Of a stretch of DNA of 40,877 bases, positions 10,798 through 23,251 are shown piece after piece (position 1 is the stretch's first letter; every line of letters begins with the position of its first letter). The notes beneath the pieces are model-generated. The model was not told where the DNA came from and made no database searches. It saw only the letters and a list, made by a program, of their open reading frames with translations. Source of the stretch: Thelocarpon superellum (lineage: Eukaryota); NCBI GenBank assembly GCA_026025795.1, contig JAPEUG010000123.1, forward strand, positions 1-40,877. The letters run 5' to 3'. Both the position numbers and the translations under genes were made by a program.

Positions 10798-12000
10798 ATG
10801 AAGTATTTTCGCAAGGCTGATTCAACTTCTCCGCTTCATCCCTCCCTCTCTAGGCTCTCGCTCACGACAATGCATCATCTACTACCGCACGCCGGTGGTC
10901 GGGAACGAATATCCCGCAATCGCGGGCACAAGACAATGGAGCTTTGGAATCGGCTTCTTCGGCTCTTGGATCGCAAATCGCGCCTATGCAAGTCTCGCCA
11001 TGTCAAAGCATGTGTAGCGGGCCAGCTGACCGATCCCGTAGATATCGAGATACCAAGCTCCTCCGATCTTCCTCTCTTGGACACCACGGAGGCCCTCGAT
11101 GTCTCTGCCGCAAAGCCAAAGTCGCCGAGTCATCCCCCTGCCGATAAAGCCTCGTCGCCAATTCAACGTCTTCCACGAGAGCTCTTGCAGCGGATCTCAG
11201 ACTATCTTCCAGTGAGCTCCACTCTTGCCCTTCGACAAAGTAGCAAGCGCCTACGGGACCATGGGGGAGTGGAATCTATCGACACGCTGTACAAGCGCGC
11301 TCGCGCCGATCCGGTGGAGCGTTACCATCTAGTGCAATTCCAGGAAAGAGGAGGCTGGGTTCCGCGCTTGGCCTGCCACCGCTGCTTTCAAACCCATTCG
11401 CGTCATTGGTTTGACCGCAAAAACATCATGAGGTCCGCAGGAGAACGAGTTTGCCAACGAGTCTGGATCTGTCCCCATGGTTCCATGAGCATGACCCAGT
11501 ACCGCCAGCGACTTCAGGACTTTCAAAAAGCTGGCAAGGGCACGGTGTTGTTCCCAAAGGAACCATGTCCGGGTGGTCATGAGACGAAAGCCTTCGAAAG
11601 GGTGAGAGCCATTCATTGCCCGCCGTATTGTGACAGAATGTGGTGGTATAAGAAGGAAGACGGCAGCTGGTGGTTAACAGCCAGACATTATGTGCCTCTC
11701 TCCCTCTTGTCATACCTGGGGCACCCGCGGCCTTTCCAAACGGCATCGGAGGAGTCTGCAAAACTCAACAATACGTGGCTCTGCGCCCATACGACTCTCC
11801 GTGACAAATTCGCCAAACTAATTCACAACGCTACGGAGGCAACAAGTGAGGGTGTCCGAATGTTATGGTGTGCCCACTGCGGCTCCGAATTTCGGGGCTA
11901 TCTTTCCCAAAAGATCGAGGGCTACCTCCAAATTCAATGTGATCGACATTTTGGAAAGGGGAAAATGGATTCGAACTGGTTGAAGTATACTGTTCTATAA
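10798..12000 (+). CDS. F-box domain protein with Cys/His-rich C-terminus (start codon uncertain)
   Basis: Uninterrupted 400-aa ORF. F-box motif IQRLPRELLQRISDYLPVSSTLALRQSSKRL; CHRC..H, WICPH, WLCAH and WCAHC motifs. Several in-frame ATGs near the start. Confidence 0.75.
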   Translation: MKYFRKADSTSPLHPSLSRLSLTTMHHLLPHAGGRERISRNRGHKTMELWNRLLRLLDRKSRLCKSRHVKACVAGQLTDPVDIEIPSSSDLPLLDTTEALDVSAAKPKSPSHPPADKASSPIQRLPRELLQRISDYLPVSSTLALRQSSKRLRDHGGVESIDTLYKRARADPVERYHLVQFQERGGWVPRLACHRCFQTHSRHWFDRKNIMRSAGERVCQRVWICPHGSMSMTQYRQRLQDFQKAGKGTVLFPKEPCPGGHETKAFERVRAIHCPPYCDRMWWYKKEDGSWWLTARHYVPLSLLSYLGHPRPFQTASEESAKLNNTWLCAHTTLRDKFAKLIHNATEATSEGVRMLWCAHCGSEFRGYLSQKIEGYLQIQCDRHFGKGKMDSNWLKYTVL

Positions 12001-12497
12001 GTACTGGCCTTGGCCCCAGTCGATTCGTCCTTTGATTATATTACCATCTTTAGGAAGAGAATCTGTCGAATGTAGTATTTCGACTTCCTCCCGTGTCGGT
12101 TGTTACAAACATTCTACCAACATATTTGGATAAAGATGTGACCAATCGAGCAAATAGCCTTGCCCCCGAGTCGTTCCTTCCCTGCGTTCTACTATGTTCT
12201 ACTGAAGTTTAGAGAGAGCGAATCGGTCGAAGATGCAATTGCCTCTCCCCGATTGTTTCCCTCTTTCCCTGAGCCTCACCTTCCTCTTGTTACACTGACG
12301 TGTTTAGATTCATCTATGCGAACGATATATAATGGCTTCGACACCCTGATCTTTTTTGACACCTGCTGCACAAGACAATCGCCAGCACCACCACCACCAC
12401 CACCATCAACACTATTCTGTCCGCTTCCCCTCCGCTCCCCCACCCCCGGTTCCCCCCGTGCCCCCCGCTGCCTCCCGCTCCCCCGCCGCCGCCCACC

Positions 12498-12845
12498 ATG
12501 CCGCTCACCACCATCAGCATCATGATCGTGGTGATGGTCGCCTTGGCGGCCCTCTCCGCCCCCCGCCCCGTCCCCACTACCCTCCCGCTCCCCCCGATCG
12601 TCGTCTGCGGGGCCTGCCCGGCCTGCCCGCCATGCTTCCCGCCTCCCCCCAGCCCCGATGCCCCCCCGGTCGAGATCATCGCGGCGATCTCCGGCATGGG
12701 GGGTTGGATCTTCGGCCATCTTTTTCGGGCGTTCCTTTGGGGGTACGTCAAACAATTTTGGGCATACGCCTACCATGGTTTGGCTTCCGCCAGACGTCTT
12801 CACCGCGATGATAATTTCTACGAGATGGGGAATAACTCTCCTTAG
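12498..12845 (+). CDS. Possible small Pro-rich secreted or membrane protein, 115 aa
   Basis: Good ATG context (CCCACCATG), hydrophobic signal-like N-terminus, CGACPACPPC plus poly-Pro, second hydrophobic segment. Lies in low-complexity C-rich DNA, so it could be spurious. Confidence 0.35.
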   Translation: MPLTTISIMIVVMVALAALSAPRPVPTTLPLPPIVVCGACPACPPCFPPPPSPDAPPVEIIAAISGMGGWIFGHLFRAFLWGYVKQFWAYAYHGLASARRLHRDDNFYEMGNNSP

Positions 12846-12936
12846 GTAGAGAAAATCTCCCGTGTTGATATGATTCTAGTGCTAATAGACCGCTAGTGTG
12901 AGCCCCTGGTGACTATTCTTCCACGTTGCTCGTTGC

Positions 12937-15114
12937 TCATTCGTCGCCCCAAAACAGCTCGTGGAGCCTCCGCTCCTTTTCATTCTTAAGGTATCTATCC
13001 AGATTCGCGACATCGGGGTCGAATGCCTGCCCCTGATACACGTCGGGACGCTGAAATGGGCAGTCCCTGACGTCTTGCGCGAGATGCTGACATAGGTGCA
13101 TGTGCAAGAAGACCGCGACGCGACGGCTTCCTTCACTAGTAAGTCGCCATCTGGACGTACCAGCGACGTCCTCGCGGACAAAGTGTCGCTCTTCTGACGT
13201 GGTATCCTCCAGGTTTAGCCAGCCGTTTGTATCAATCCAGAAAGTCTCACCATCGCCATCCGCTCTTATCCGTTCGACGACATTTTGGGTCGCATCCTCG
13301 AATAGACCTTGGAACGGACGCAAGACATATATCGGTATGCGTGCGAGGCGAATGGAAGATGAATGATCGGTGGAACCCGGATTTGACGCAAGAGCTTGGT
13401 GAGTCTCCTTGGGATACGCCAGGCGTCGGATGGCTTTGACAAAGGAGACATAGTCGTCCTCAAAGCGCTGAGAGAAATCCCACGAAGTGAGATTGTACTG
13501 GTCTCGATGCTTCTCAAAGGAGCGGAAATCAGAGGCGCCGATGTTGATGACCTACTTCGGATCAGAGAGTGGACGGGTGTCGATGAATGAGTGAGCTTTA
13601 CCACGAGGTCCGGGTGCGGCTCTTGAAAGATCCAGGGACGTGCGAAGTAGGGCGAGGCCGGAGGGCCACTGTTGTGTCCAGGTAAGTTTGATAAGACAGT
13701 CGTGGCGGGAATGGAGCTCACCTGCGGAAGAAGACATCGCTCAGACCGGCTGGCGAGCCTACTCCGCCGATGCAATCTCGTGTGAGACACATCCCATCAA
13801 CGGCAGTGGCAACGTGGTCGACGCCAAACATCTCTCCGACGAGATACTCCCAGCTCATGACCCCTCCGAGAAGACATCTTCCACCACCGGCACCTCTTCC
13901 TTCTGCCGAATAGCTGGACAAGCCGAGATCATCAGTGACCATCTCCAAGATTCTCCTTGGCCGACTCCGTTCGAACGCTGCGTCCCCCAACGTGGCTTCA
14001 TCAACCTCCCCATCCGGCCGCGACGGACGGTCATCTTGTTTGAGCCGATCCAAGCCTCGCAAGTGCTCCTCGCGGATGCCCTGACTCCCCGCGTGCAGGG
14101 CATCTTCGTCGTCGAATTCGGCGGGCAAAGGCGATCCCGGAAGTCTCAAAAGTTGACCTCCTTGGTCGAGCCAGATGCCTTTCACTGCCAGGATGCTGTC
14201 ACCAAGAGTGCCGGCCATCGGAGCGATCACGCGAATCTCATGGGGATTGTTTGGGTCCAGGTCATTCAGACGAATGGCGATCAATGAGGTTGCGTTCGGG
14301 AGCAAGATGTACTCCTCTTGGTCGACTCGAGCAAGCAACGAGATGGGTGCGGGCGGCTGATAAAGCGAGGACGGACGGAAAGACAGATGGCCAACATTCG
14401 GCGTCACCACCTTGTCCATCGCCGAGCTGGAGACTGCGGGAGCGAGCAACGTGGCGGGCGCTGCCGCCGCGTTGCTCAGCGCGAGCAACACTGTGGAGGT
14501 GATGTTGACGGAGATGTCCAAGTACACTCCTACGAATAGCTTGTCAGTGACCTCCTTCGATGAGGGCGGACTAAGCTCCGTGGTACCTGGAAAGGTTCCA
14601 TCCATCCGCATCCGGTTGGGCGCGGCCATCCACCGGCCGACGTACTGGCAACTGTCAGTCTCTCTTCAACGTTCGTCATGGTGCACAGTGAACGGACGTG
14701 GATCTTGGGGTTACTGGCGGGAAAAAACTGCAACCCATCGGTCGCGCTCGGACCAAAGGTGTCGGTGTCGGAGCTGGGTGAGGCGGCACGATCCTCTCGA
14801 GCCACTCCTGTACGCCACAGATAGATGATACCGACCAGCATCAGGGCGATGCATAGCATACGCCTCGTCAGCATTCGCCGTGCTCGACGCTGATGGTTGT
14901 CGCTGTGGCTACTACTAGAGGTACGACGAAACAGACGGGCGGAACTGGGTGGAGTTGCCGGTCGGGCGTCCATTTCACCGGGCGGCGGATACTCCACCAT
15001 TTCAAGCCGCATATTCTGAAGCAAATGACGGTCGGCGGCCGAGGGCGAAGATGGCTGAGAGGTTGGAATCGGGGACGGGTCTGGACTCGCGCGGAGTGGT
15101 GATGTCCGAGGCAT
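12937..15114 (-). CDS. Membrane-anchored SGNH/CE2-like (GDSL-fold) protein, 5 exons, catalytic residues apparently missing
   Basis: Spliced model (introns 14697..14645, 14586..14530 and two more near 13720 and 13600..13550) gives NPKIH-YVGRW, DGTFPG-VYLDI, PDLV-VINIGASD, IPIYVLRPF and FWIDTNGW, which is CE2-like architecture after a TM helix. Confidence 0.7.
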
Positions 15115-15638
15115 CACGGGAAGGGAACAGGCGGAGTTTGCGGGGACGAAACGAGCGGGATGACGGATTTCCCGAAGACAGGCGTGCGAGGACCGAGTTT
15201 GTGGATTGACAGGTTGTTGATTGGTGGAGCGTGGATCAGCGGACCGCGAATTGATGGCGTGCGCTCGCGGAGATGGGACGACACGAGGATAAGGGAGTGG
15301 GAGGAACAACGCGTCTGCGTCTTCTCACCGCGTCAGCCTTAGCACCTATTTCTTGGCTGGGGCAGAGATGGGTTGTCAACCAATCAGCCGTGAGATGACT
15401 CCATACTGAGGTAGTGGAGCCGTCCGCACTGGCACGTTGAAGCGAACAAGTGCACTCACCCAGCACTCCGTAGGGATTTCTGGAGAGAGTCAAGTTGAGA
15501 AAGGGGGAGCAAGGAGCCAGAAGCGAGGAGCGAGGAGCGAGGTCAAGTGATAGCGAAGAGAACGTGACGAGTTGACCAGTCCATTTGAATTCACACAGAC
15601 AGCGCTCTACGTAGAGCACTATGTACAGGGGCTCGCGG

Positions 15639-16788
15639 TTAATCTACCGTAATGAGCGGAGATGCTTTGGGCCCAGCCTCCTGACGACTCAAGATCCACA
15701 TGAACAGAAACTGCACCACATAAGAGTAGAGAAACAAAAACTGCGTCCGGCGATTCCGTTGGGTGCGCGCGATGGTATTCCGATCGGCGGCGTTCTCCGG
15801 AAGGAGCACATATTTCAGGGAGCGAAGCTTGGGAGGGTCAGTCTGAGTAATACGTCACGACGGACGCTCCAGAGCGGGATCCTACCAGGAAGAAGGCGTT
15901 CGCCAAGAAGCAATACAAGAACACGGCCCATGAGAGCCATGATCCGGACGTGTGGCTTCTCGCGGACGTGGTCGCCGTGGCGGTCCGGAAGCCATCCAGC
16001 AGCTCGGTAACGATCAGGGTGGTGATGATGCCGACGAACTTGTAGCCCGAGTAGGCAACGAGGTCCAAGAGCTGTGATTCGTTGGTGATGGAGAGCAAGT
16101 AGCAGCCCATCTTGAGCGCCATAATCTCCACGATGACAATCACAAAGGCCGTCGTCGCGGTCAGGCCCAACAGCTCGGGGTGGAAGGCACCGCGCAGGCC
16201 GGCGAGGAGGGTCGAGAGGAGGATGTACGTCACAAACGCCATGACGGGAATATACATGTCCGGGCTGTTGATGTCCTCCCGCGGGGGCATGAAGATGGTG
16301 GATTGGGAAGACGGAGAGATGGTGGACTTTCGCGACCATGGGCGGTGCCGCCAGGGGAAGAGCACCAACATGAGTTTGGTCAAGACATAGCTGTTCGAGA
16401 CGTTGAAGTAGTGCTTCAGCGTGGGGATGGAGATGTATCGGTTGAGCTAGCCGGACGGTCAGCCATCGTGGTGGAGGCAGGGGCCGGGCCTGCCGTGACG
16501 CACGTTCTGCTCCATGTATTCTTGGCCGGCCATCACGGCGCTCTTGCCCACTTGGAAGCCCATCTGCGCCGTCTGGTCGTTGAGAAAGTTGCCGTAGGCC
16601 GGATGCATATGTCCTCCCTCACCCCCGGGCCCCGCCTGGGGCTGGTAGGGGTTGCCATAGCTCTGCTGCGGCGGGACGGGCGGAGGAGGTGAGCGCATCA
16701 TGGGGACGGTGGAGACATGCTGCGGCACGGGATGGTGTAATGGGGGCGAATGGGCGGGAGGAGGGTTGGAGTGGATCGGCCGCTGCAT
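15639..16788 (-). CDS. YIF1: Yif1/Hrf1 ER-Golgi transport membrane protein, 3 exons
   Basis: LKHYFNVSNSYVLTKL, PPREDINSPDMYIPVMAFVTY, LLDLVAYSGYKFVG, LRSLKYVLLP. Introns 16503..16447 and 15885..15828. Confidence 0.93.
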
Positions 16789-17118
16789 GGGTGGCAGTAG
16801 GCGGGGAGGACGCACACGCGGGCGAGATGTGGAATGGATCTGATGGGCGCGGCGAGAATGATGGGATGGCGACACTACTGCACTAACATACTTCATATCT
16901 CCCGTCTGCCTCTTCTCGCTGTCTTACTTCCACGTCGCGCGTTCGCGTGCTCGCCCCGTCCTGTTACCCGGCGATGGCCGCTTCCGCGCGGTCGTCGCTC
17001 GCAACCTGTGCTGCTCATGAAAGACGCAGTAGTCAGGCCGGTAAGTAGCCCACTAAATCCGCATCTTGATCGGGGTGCAGGTTCAGCACCCGACGCCTGC
17101 CGCTTCCATCCTCCCGCC

Positions 17119-19245
17119 ATGTTGGATTCCTTTGAGATTCTGACTACCTCTGGCGTCGTTTTATGGTCCAAGTCGTACAATGCCATCAGCCCTACGATCG
17201 TGAACAGCCTCATCACCGATGTATTTATCGAGGAGCGGGTGCCGGCGGGGCCTGCGGGGGACGTTGCACCCTTGGGGAGAGCGCCCTCGTACCAAAAGGA
17301 CCACTATACTCTTAAATGGAAGGCAGTCAAGGACCTGAAATTGATCTTCGTGGTACGCTGCCCGTTGTGGTCATGCTGTTCGTCGATGCTAAGGTTCTGG
17401 TCAGGCCGTGTACCAGTCTCTGCTCCATCTGTCATGGGTCGACAAGCTCTTGGACAACATCAGCACCATCTTTCTGGGACTCTACAGGCCACAGCTGCAG
17501 AGTCGACCCGGCAGTGTCTTTGACTGCCCCTTTGACAATTATTTCGATCAACAGATCCGAGAATTGGAGGACACGCCAATCGCCGCCCCGCCCGCCGGTA
17601 CTCGCAACGCCAGCTCCCCGCCGCCCTCGCGGGTTGTGGAAGACGCACCACCGCCTCTTCCGGGCGTGCTCAAAGGTACGAGGACGATCTGTCGGGCGGT
17701 CCGGACGTGACTGACGATACCTATAGCAGCCTCTCCACAGCCGTCCAAGGCCGACCGCTCGGACACCATATCGACTCCCCTATCCAGGCCAGATGTCACG
17801 CGCTCATCCAGCCCGGCGAACCATCTCTTATCCGCCACGAAGATTGGGCCCGGGGGCCGCACCTCGCGTCGGGCCCGCAAAGCGGCACATCATCCGTCGC
17901 ACGCGTCCTCAGGGGACGAGTCCCGAGAGCGGAAACCCAAATCGTCGAAGAATGCCGCCAAGGAGAAGCGCCGCTGGGATGGCGATGGTCTGGTGGACGA
18001 GGACGGCGACGTGGTGCTGGATTATTCCCAGCGTACCGCCGACGGCACGTCTGTCGAGCCCGGGAACGGGCGGCCACCCGGTACGCAGGACGCCGTCGAC
18101 CCGGCGTCGTGGGGCACGAAGACCGGCAAGGGCGAATTCGTCCTCAAGGATCTCGACGACGAAGTGCACTCGATCTTGTCGTCGGCGGACAGGAAGCCCG
18201 GGGGGACGACGACGGCGGATGGCTTGGTCGGCTCGAGCCTGGGCGCCATCGGCGGTCTGTTCCGAAACATGGTGGGAGGCAAGACGTTGACCAAGAAAGA
18301 CCTCGAAGCGCCCATGAAAGGAATGGAGGAGCATCTGCTGAAGAAGAACGTGGCGCGCGAAGCGGCCGTCCGATTGTGCGAAGGGGTCGAGCAGAGTCTG
18401 ATTGGGGTCAAGACGGGGAGCTTCCAGAGTACGCGAACCCTCGTGCCTGCCGGCTCTCCAACGCTGATGAGCACATAGGCGTCGAAAATACGATCCGCAT
18501 CGCCATGGAGGCGTCCCTCCGCAAGATCCTTACCCCCACGACCTCACTCGATCTGCTACGCTCCATTCAACGTGTCAATCGGCCCCCAGCGACGTCCCTG
18601 CAATCCTCGCGACCCTATGTGATCTCGATCGTCGGGGTCAATGGCGTGGGCAAATCGACGAATCTGTCGAAGATCTGCTTCTTTCTGCTGCAGAACCAGC
18701 ACAAGGTGCTGATCGCGGCCTGCGATACATTTCGGTCGGGGGCGGTGGAGCAGCTACGGGTGCATGCGCGGAACCTCAAGGAGCTGGGCGAGCGGGAAGG
18801 AGGGATGGTGGAGCTGTACGAAAAGGGCTACGGCAAGGACGCGGCCAACATCGCGCGTGATGCGGTGGCCTATGCCGCCGACCACGACTTCTCCGTCGTG
18901 CTCATCGACACGGCGGGGCGACGACACAACGACGCCCGCCTGATGTCCTCGCTGGAGAAGTTTGCCAAGCTGGCCCAGCCCGACAAGATCTTGATGGTGG
19001 GCGAGGCGCTGGTGGGGACGGACTCGGTGCAGCAGGCGCGGAACTTCAATGCGGCGTTTGGCGTCGGCCGGCACCTGGACGGCTTCATCATCAGCAAGTG
19101 CGACACGGTCGGCGACATGGTGGGCACATTAGTCAGCATGGTGCATGCCACGGGCATCCCGGTGGTGTTTCTGGGCACTGGTCAGCATTACAGCGATCTG
19201 CGAACCTTGAACATTGGGTGGGCGGTTCAATTGCTGATGAGCTAA
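17119..19245 (+). CDS. SRP101: Signal recognition particle receptor alpha subunit, 4 exons
   Basis: SRX N-terminus MLDSFEILTTSGVVLW; GTPase motifs GVNGVGKST, DTFRSGA, DTAGR, SKCD; three GTACG..AG introns. Confidence 0.95.
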
Positions 19246-19630
19246 TTGGGATTCGGCGTCCCTCTGACGCGATCATTGCGAGTATCTCCGCAAGCCCGTC
19301 AGTCCGCCCTGGGATTGTCGGACTTTTAGATCGTGGGTGTCTGCTACTCTGGGAACCGAGAGCGAAGCGCGACGTGGCGAGGCGGCGAGGTAGCTTGCTG
19401 CTGGGGCTGCAGGCGGCTCGTGGACCATTCGCCTCGGAAACTTTCGGATTAGACTAACATGACTTACGAGGCCGGGGCCTATTGATGAAACGAAACAATA
19501 TGAAGCACAATGTAAAGCTTGATACGACTGCGTACTTGTCCCGAGATGTTGCCACGGCCCCGCGGACAGTCTCCGGCCCACTCTAGGTCCCCTCCAGATT
19601 TATGATTCTCATTCGTCCCCCGGTCTCACG

Positions 19631-20346
19631 ATGACCCATCCCATCCTCGTCACCTCGCTCCAGGCGGGGGTCATGAGCGGCCTCTCCAGCGTGTTGGCGC
19701 AGGTCATCGACGCCTATCGTCGTGGGGTATGCGGTCGCCCCATCGCCATGGGCCGCGGGAAACTAATCGGGCGTGGGCCAGGTGCCGTTGGAGATTGATC
19801 TCCTCCCCGTCGTGCACTTCGCCCTCTTCAGCTTACTGGTGGTGCCACCGAATTATCTCTGGCAACGCTACCTTGAGGACACCTTTCCCGCCCATCCCGA
19901 ACGTCGGCCCGTCGAGGGCGGGCGAAAGGAGCGCGGCGACCAGGCCTCCGCTGCGCCGCGGTCGCCTTCTCTCCACCTGGGGAACACCTTCACGAAGTTG
20001 GCCCTCGATCAAGCGCTCGGTGCGTCCCTCAACACGCTACTGTTCCTCGCCGCCATGGGCGCCTTTCGGGGAGGCGGTGCGTCGGAGATCACGCGCCTGG
20101 TGCAACGGGTGAGCCACCCGCCCACTCACAGACCTGCGTGCCATCCATTCCGCGCAGCCTGAAACGACGCGCTGACCCGTTGTGCGTGGGTAGGACTTCT
20201 GGCCCGTGATGATCAGCGGGCTGAAGCTGTGGCCGCTGGTGTCGCTGCTCCTCTTCACCGTCGTGCCATTTGAGCAACGGATGCTCGTTGGGGGCTCGGT
20301 GAACTTTGCTTGGAGCATCTATCTCAGTTCCGTCGCGGCGCAATGA
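19631..20346 (+). CDS. Mpv17/PMP22 family membrane protein, 3 exons
   Basis: SSVLAQ, PPNYLWQRYLE, KLALDQ, LKLWPLV..VPFEQR..W.IYLS. Introns 19727..19781 and 20109..20193. Confidence 0.88.
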
Positions 20347-21102
20347 AGGCGCATCTCCCTTTCCCTTACAGCCCCCCGTCGATGCGTTGGACGCGGCGTG
20401 GCGAGTTGATTGGTGAGATGAGTGTCTCGCCGACGGGTTTCAGTTGGCTACATCACGCCGTACTTGGCTCCTCGCGCATGCACATCGGTCGCCACATCAG
20501 GTCAACCCTCGATCCGTGCTTTACACCAACACCGGTCGACGGTCTGTAGCTAGGTTCTGCCTCTGGACGAATTAGGTTGCTGCTAGCACACCGAGCTTAC
20601 GTGCTGGTGTGGGTATCGCGAGGTTTCGGCCTGGTATCGGTACTTTGACATTGGTTCCCTTGCGCCGTCCACCAAGGTGCACGCTCTATGGAGGTAGAGG
20701 GAGCGATGTGGCGCTTCGGTCGCGACTCGGATCGTCACCGCCGTGGAGCTTAGCGCGACCAGCGGGCGTGAGATTCCCGTGGTAGTCGTCCGTACGTCAA
20801 GTGATTCGCTAAGAGCGCCGTTGTCAGATCGCGTAGATCCAACATTGAGCCGCGAGGCAGACTCAGAGGCAGACAGCAAACACCGGATCATTGAGACCAC
20901 GATGTGGGCGCAGTCTGAAGGCCCGTTCCAAGCCCCCCGCGTGTCCGGAGAGCGATTGTGACACCTGTGCTCTGCAGCGTCATGAGCCACACCAGCCACA
21001 GTCGTGCAGACGTTCTCCCACGTTTCCGGTGCCTGCCACCGCGGTTGGGGCTGAGAACCAGCGGGACGCGGCCGTTCCGCAGTAGGACCCACGGCAGCCA
21101 CC

Positions 21103-21135
21103 ACTCGATTGACCTGTACTACTCGATTGACCTGT
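21103..21135. repeat. Tandem duplication ACTCGATTGACCTGT x2 (18-nt period)
   Basis: Copies at 21103..21117 and 21121..21135. Confidence 0.85.
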
Positions 21136-22135
21136 CGCTTGCGCATGGACTGCCTAGTTGGGCTCGATGGCGCTGACCAGGGGATCGAATGCGGACTAAT
21201 GCGTTGCTATGATTAGGCATGAGGTGAGATCTAGCCGTATGTAGGTTCTTAACGGTCATTACCGCGCCCCTTTCGGCCGAGCGGCGACGGACGTTTGCAC
21301 GTCATCCCTGCCCATGGCATGACTTCCTCCCTCTGATTTGTGGCTTGGGCCCATTGTCGGCACGTAACTGCCGCTTCATCTCCTCGGTCATGACCGTCGA
21401 CGGATCGATGCATGGGTGGCCGCCGGCTCGGCCTGGTCATTCCCGCCAGCGGGGTTGGCGGAACCATCGTGGCTGACCCCGCCGTGGCCGTGATGCGCAT
21501 GGTGGCTATGCCACCGCCCTTTTCCGAATCTCGATGCCGTCCGCCGCCTTCATTCGCGGGGATCTCTCCCCGCGGTGGGTCGATGGTCCAATCGGCCGGC
21601 CTGCGTGGTCTACCACCATCCCCGCGCCGGCGCCGCGCGGGTCCATCAAGATGCACCAGGAAGCCGTGTGGTCCTTGCACGGCCCTGGGCATTAGCTCTG
21701 ACGTTTGACCTGCAGCTAGTTACGTGCTGGCGGCTCGATAAGCTCGACGTTGGTGTCTTGCTTGCACGGCCATGACGCGATGCCTCTGCGTCTAGGGTCA
21801 TCCATGTGGAGATGGCTGCGTTACAAGAAGTGGAATCTTCACCCTCGTTTGCTTCGGTTCCTGCATCGGGGAGTCCTGGCTCAGACTCGGATGGAGCATT
21901 CTCCGGGCCCCTTCAGCCTCTTTCTTCCACTCGTCCTGGGGTCCCGGTCACTTTCGGCCTGCCCGAGTCTCTTCTCAGCCTCGGCGCTGGCATCTCGTGG
22001 ACGTCGTGCTGCACCATACATCAGGCACGACTAATCCGGCCTGAAGCTTCTCTCACCTCATCTCCCTGACGTGGCGACCTTGACGATTCTTCATCCATGA
22101 TATAAGAGCGTCTCTGCTTCTCCCTTGGCCCTAAC

Positions 22136-23251
22136 ATGTCTTCACCGCAAGCCGACTCATGCGACCCCTCAGACCCATCCAGATCGCAAGACAAAGGCAA
22201 ATCTGTTCTTCGCGAGCTCGACGCGGAAGCTACAGCGGAACATCTCGGTGCGAGCGACGTGCCATCCACTGGCCCAGCCCGTTCGTCCTCGGCCCCCCCT
22301 CGGCCTGAAGGATTGTATCAGCCTCGTGGCGGTGCCTCCCCCATCCAAGGACCGTATTCCTCTCCGGCCACTCCCGCTCTGGTCTCCTCGTCGCATTCGA
22401 TCGAACGTCAGCCCGGCATCGGTGCCATGTCTTCCTACTCTTCCTCGTCCCAGGACTCGGGCTACGGCTACTCCGGTCGGCCGCGGTACACGTTGATGAC
22501 GCCGGGGTATCCGCGCAGTCACCGGAACATGACACAAGTTAGTCCAGGTTTTATATATGTAATCGCGTCACTCCTGCCTGTCTCCCCGTGTCGCCTCTCC
22601 ATCCATGCCCGATTCTTTGGTCGCCTGCCGCGAACACGCTCCTGACGACGACCTGCAGAATGACCGCGACGAGCTGATCCGCTCCCTCCGCACGCACCGG
22701 ATCAAGACGCTCACGGAACTGCGACGAATCGAAAGGCTCTTTGCGGCCTTTGACGCCCCCGAGTACTCGGAGCCGATGACGACGGCGTGGGCGCACTACG
22801 TCAACTCCAACAACCTCCTCAGCGAGCTGCGCGGCCTCACGCGCAACTACCCCTTCAGCTCCGAGCTCCTCGACGAAGCCAAGTGGATGGTGATTGAGGA
22901 TCCGGCCAGCCAGCGCAGCTGGAATTTCTGCTGGTTGGTCTTGACCAAGATTCAAGAACAGTGAGCTTTGTCCCCACCTCAATTTCCGCTTCCACATCCG
23001 CGCGCCCGCCGCCAGCCAGCGTCACGCGCACTCTCACTGCACTGCCCCATGCTAACCCGGATTGCTGCGCCAGACAACTCATCTTCAAACACGCGCACCA
23101 ACAGGCGCAGAAACCATCCATGTGGGGTGGTCGGCGGCCCAGCTCACACGATGTGGCTCAGCTGGCGGACGAGTTCATCGCCGAGTGGACGCGCGCCATC
23201 CTGCAACTCTTGCGCCATTGGGACACGCCTCCGTCGACGACGGGGAGGTGA
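22136..23251 (+). CDS. Hypothetical protein, 3 exons, Ser/Pro-rich N-terminus plus helical C-terminal domain
   Basis: Introns 22538..22658 (GTTAGT..CTGAC..CAG) and 22961..23073 (GTGAGC..CTAAC..CAG) join three ORFs in frame; strong C-ending codon bias; TATAAGA near 22101. Confidence 0.8.

Noticed and set aside
21806..22069. Ser/Pro-rich ORF as an upstream exon of the hypothetical gene
   Set aside because: Could not find a donor/acceptor pair joining it in frame.
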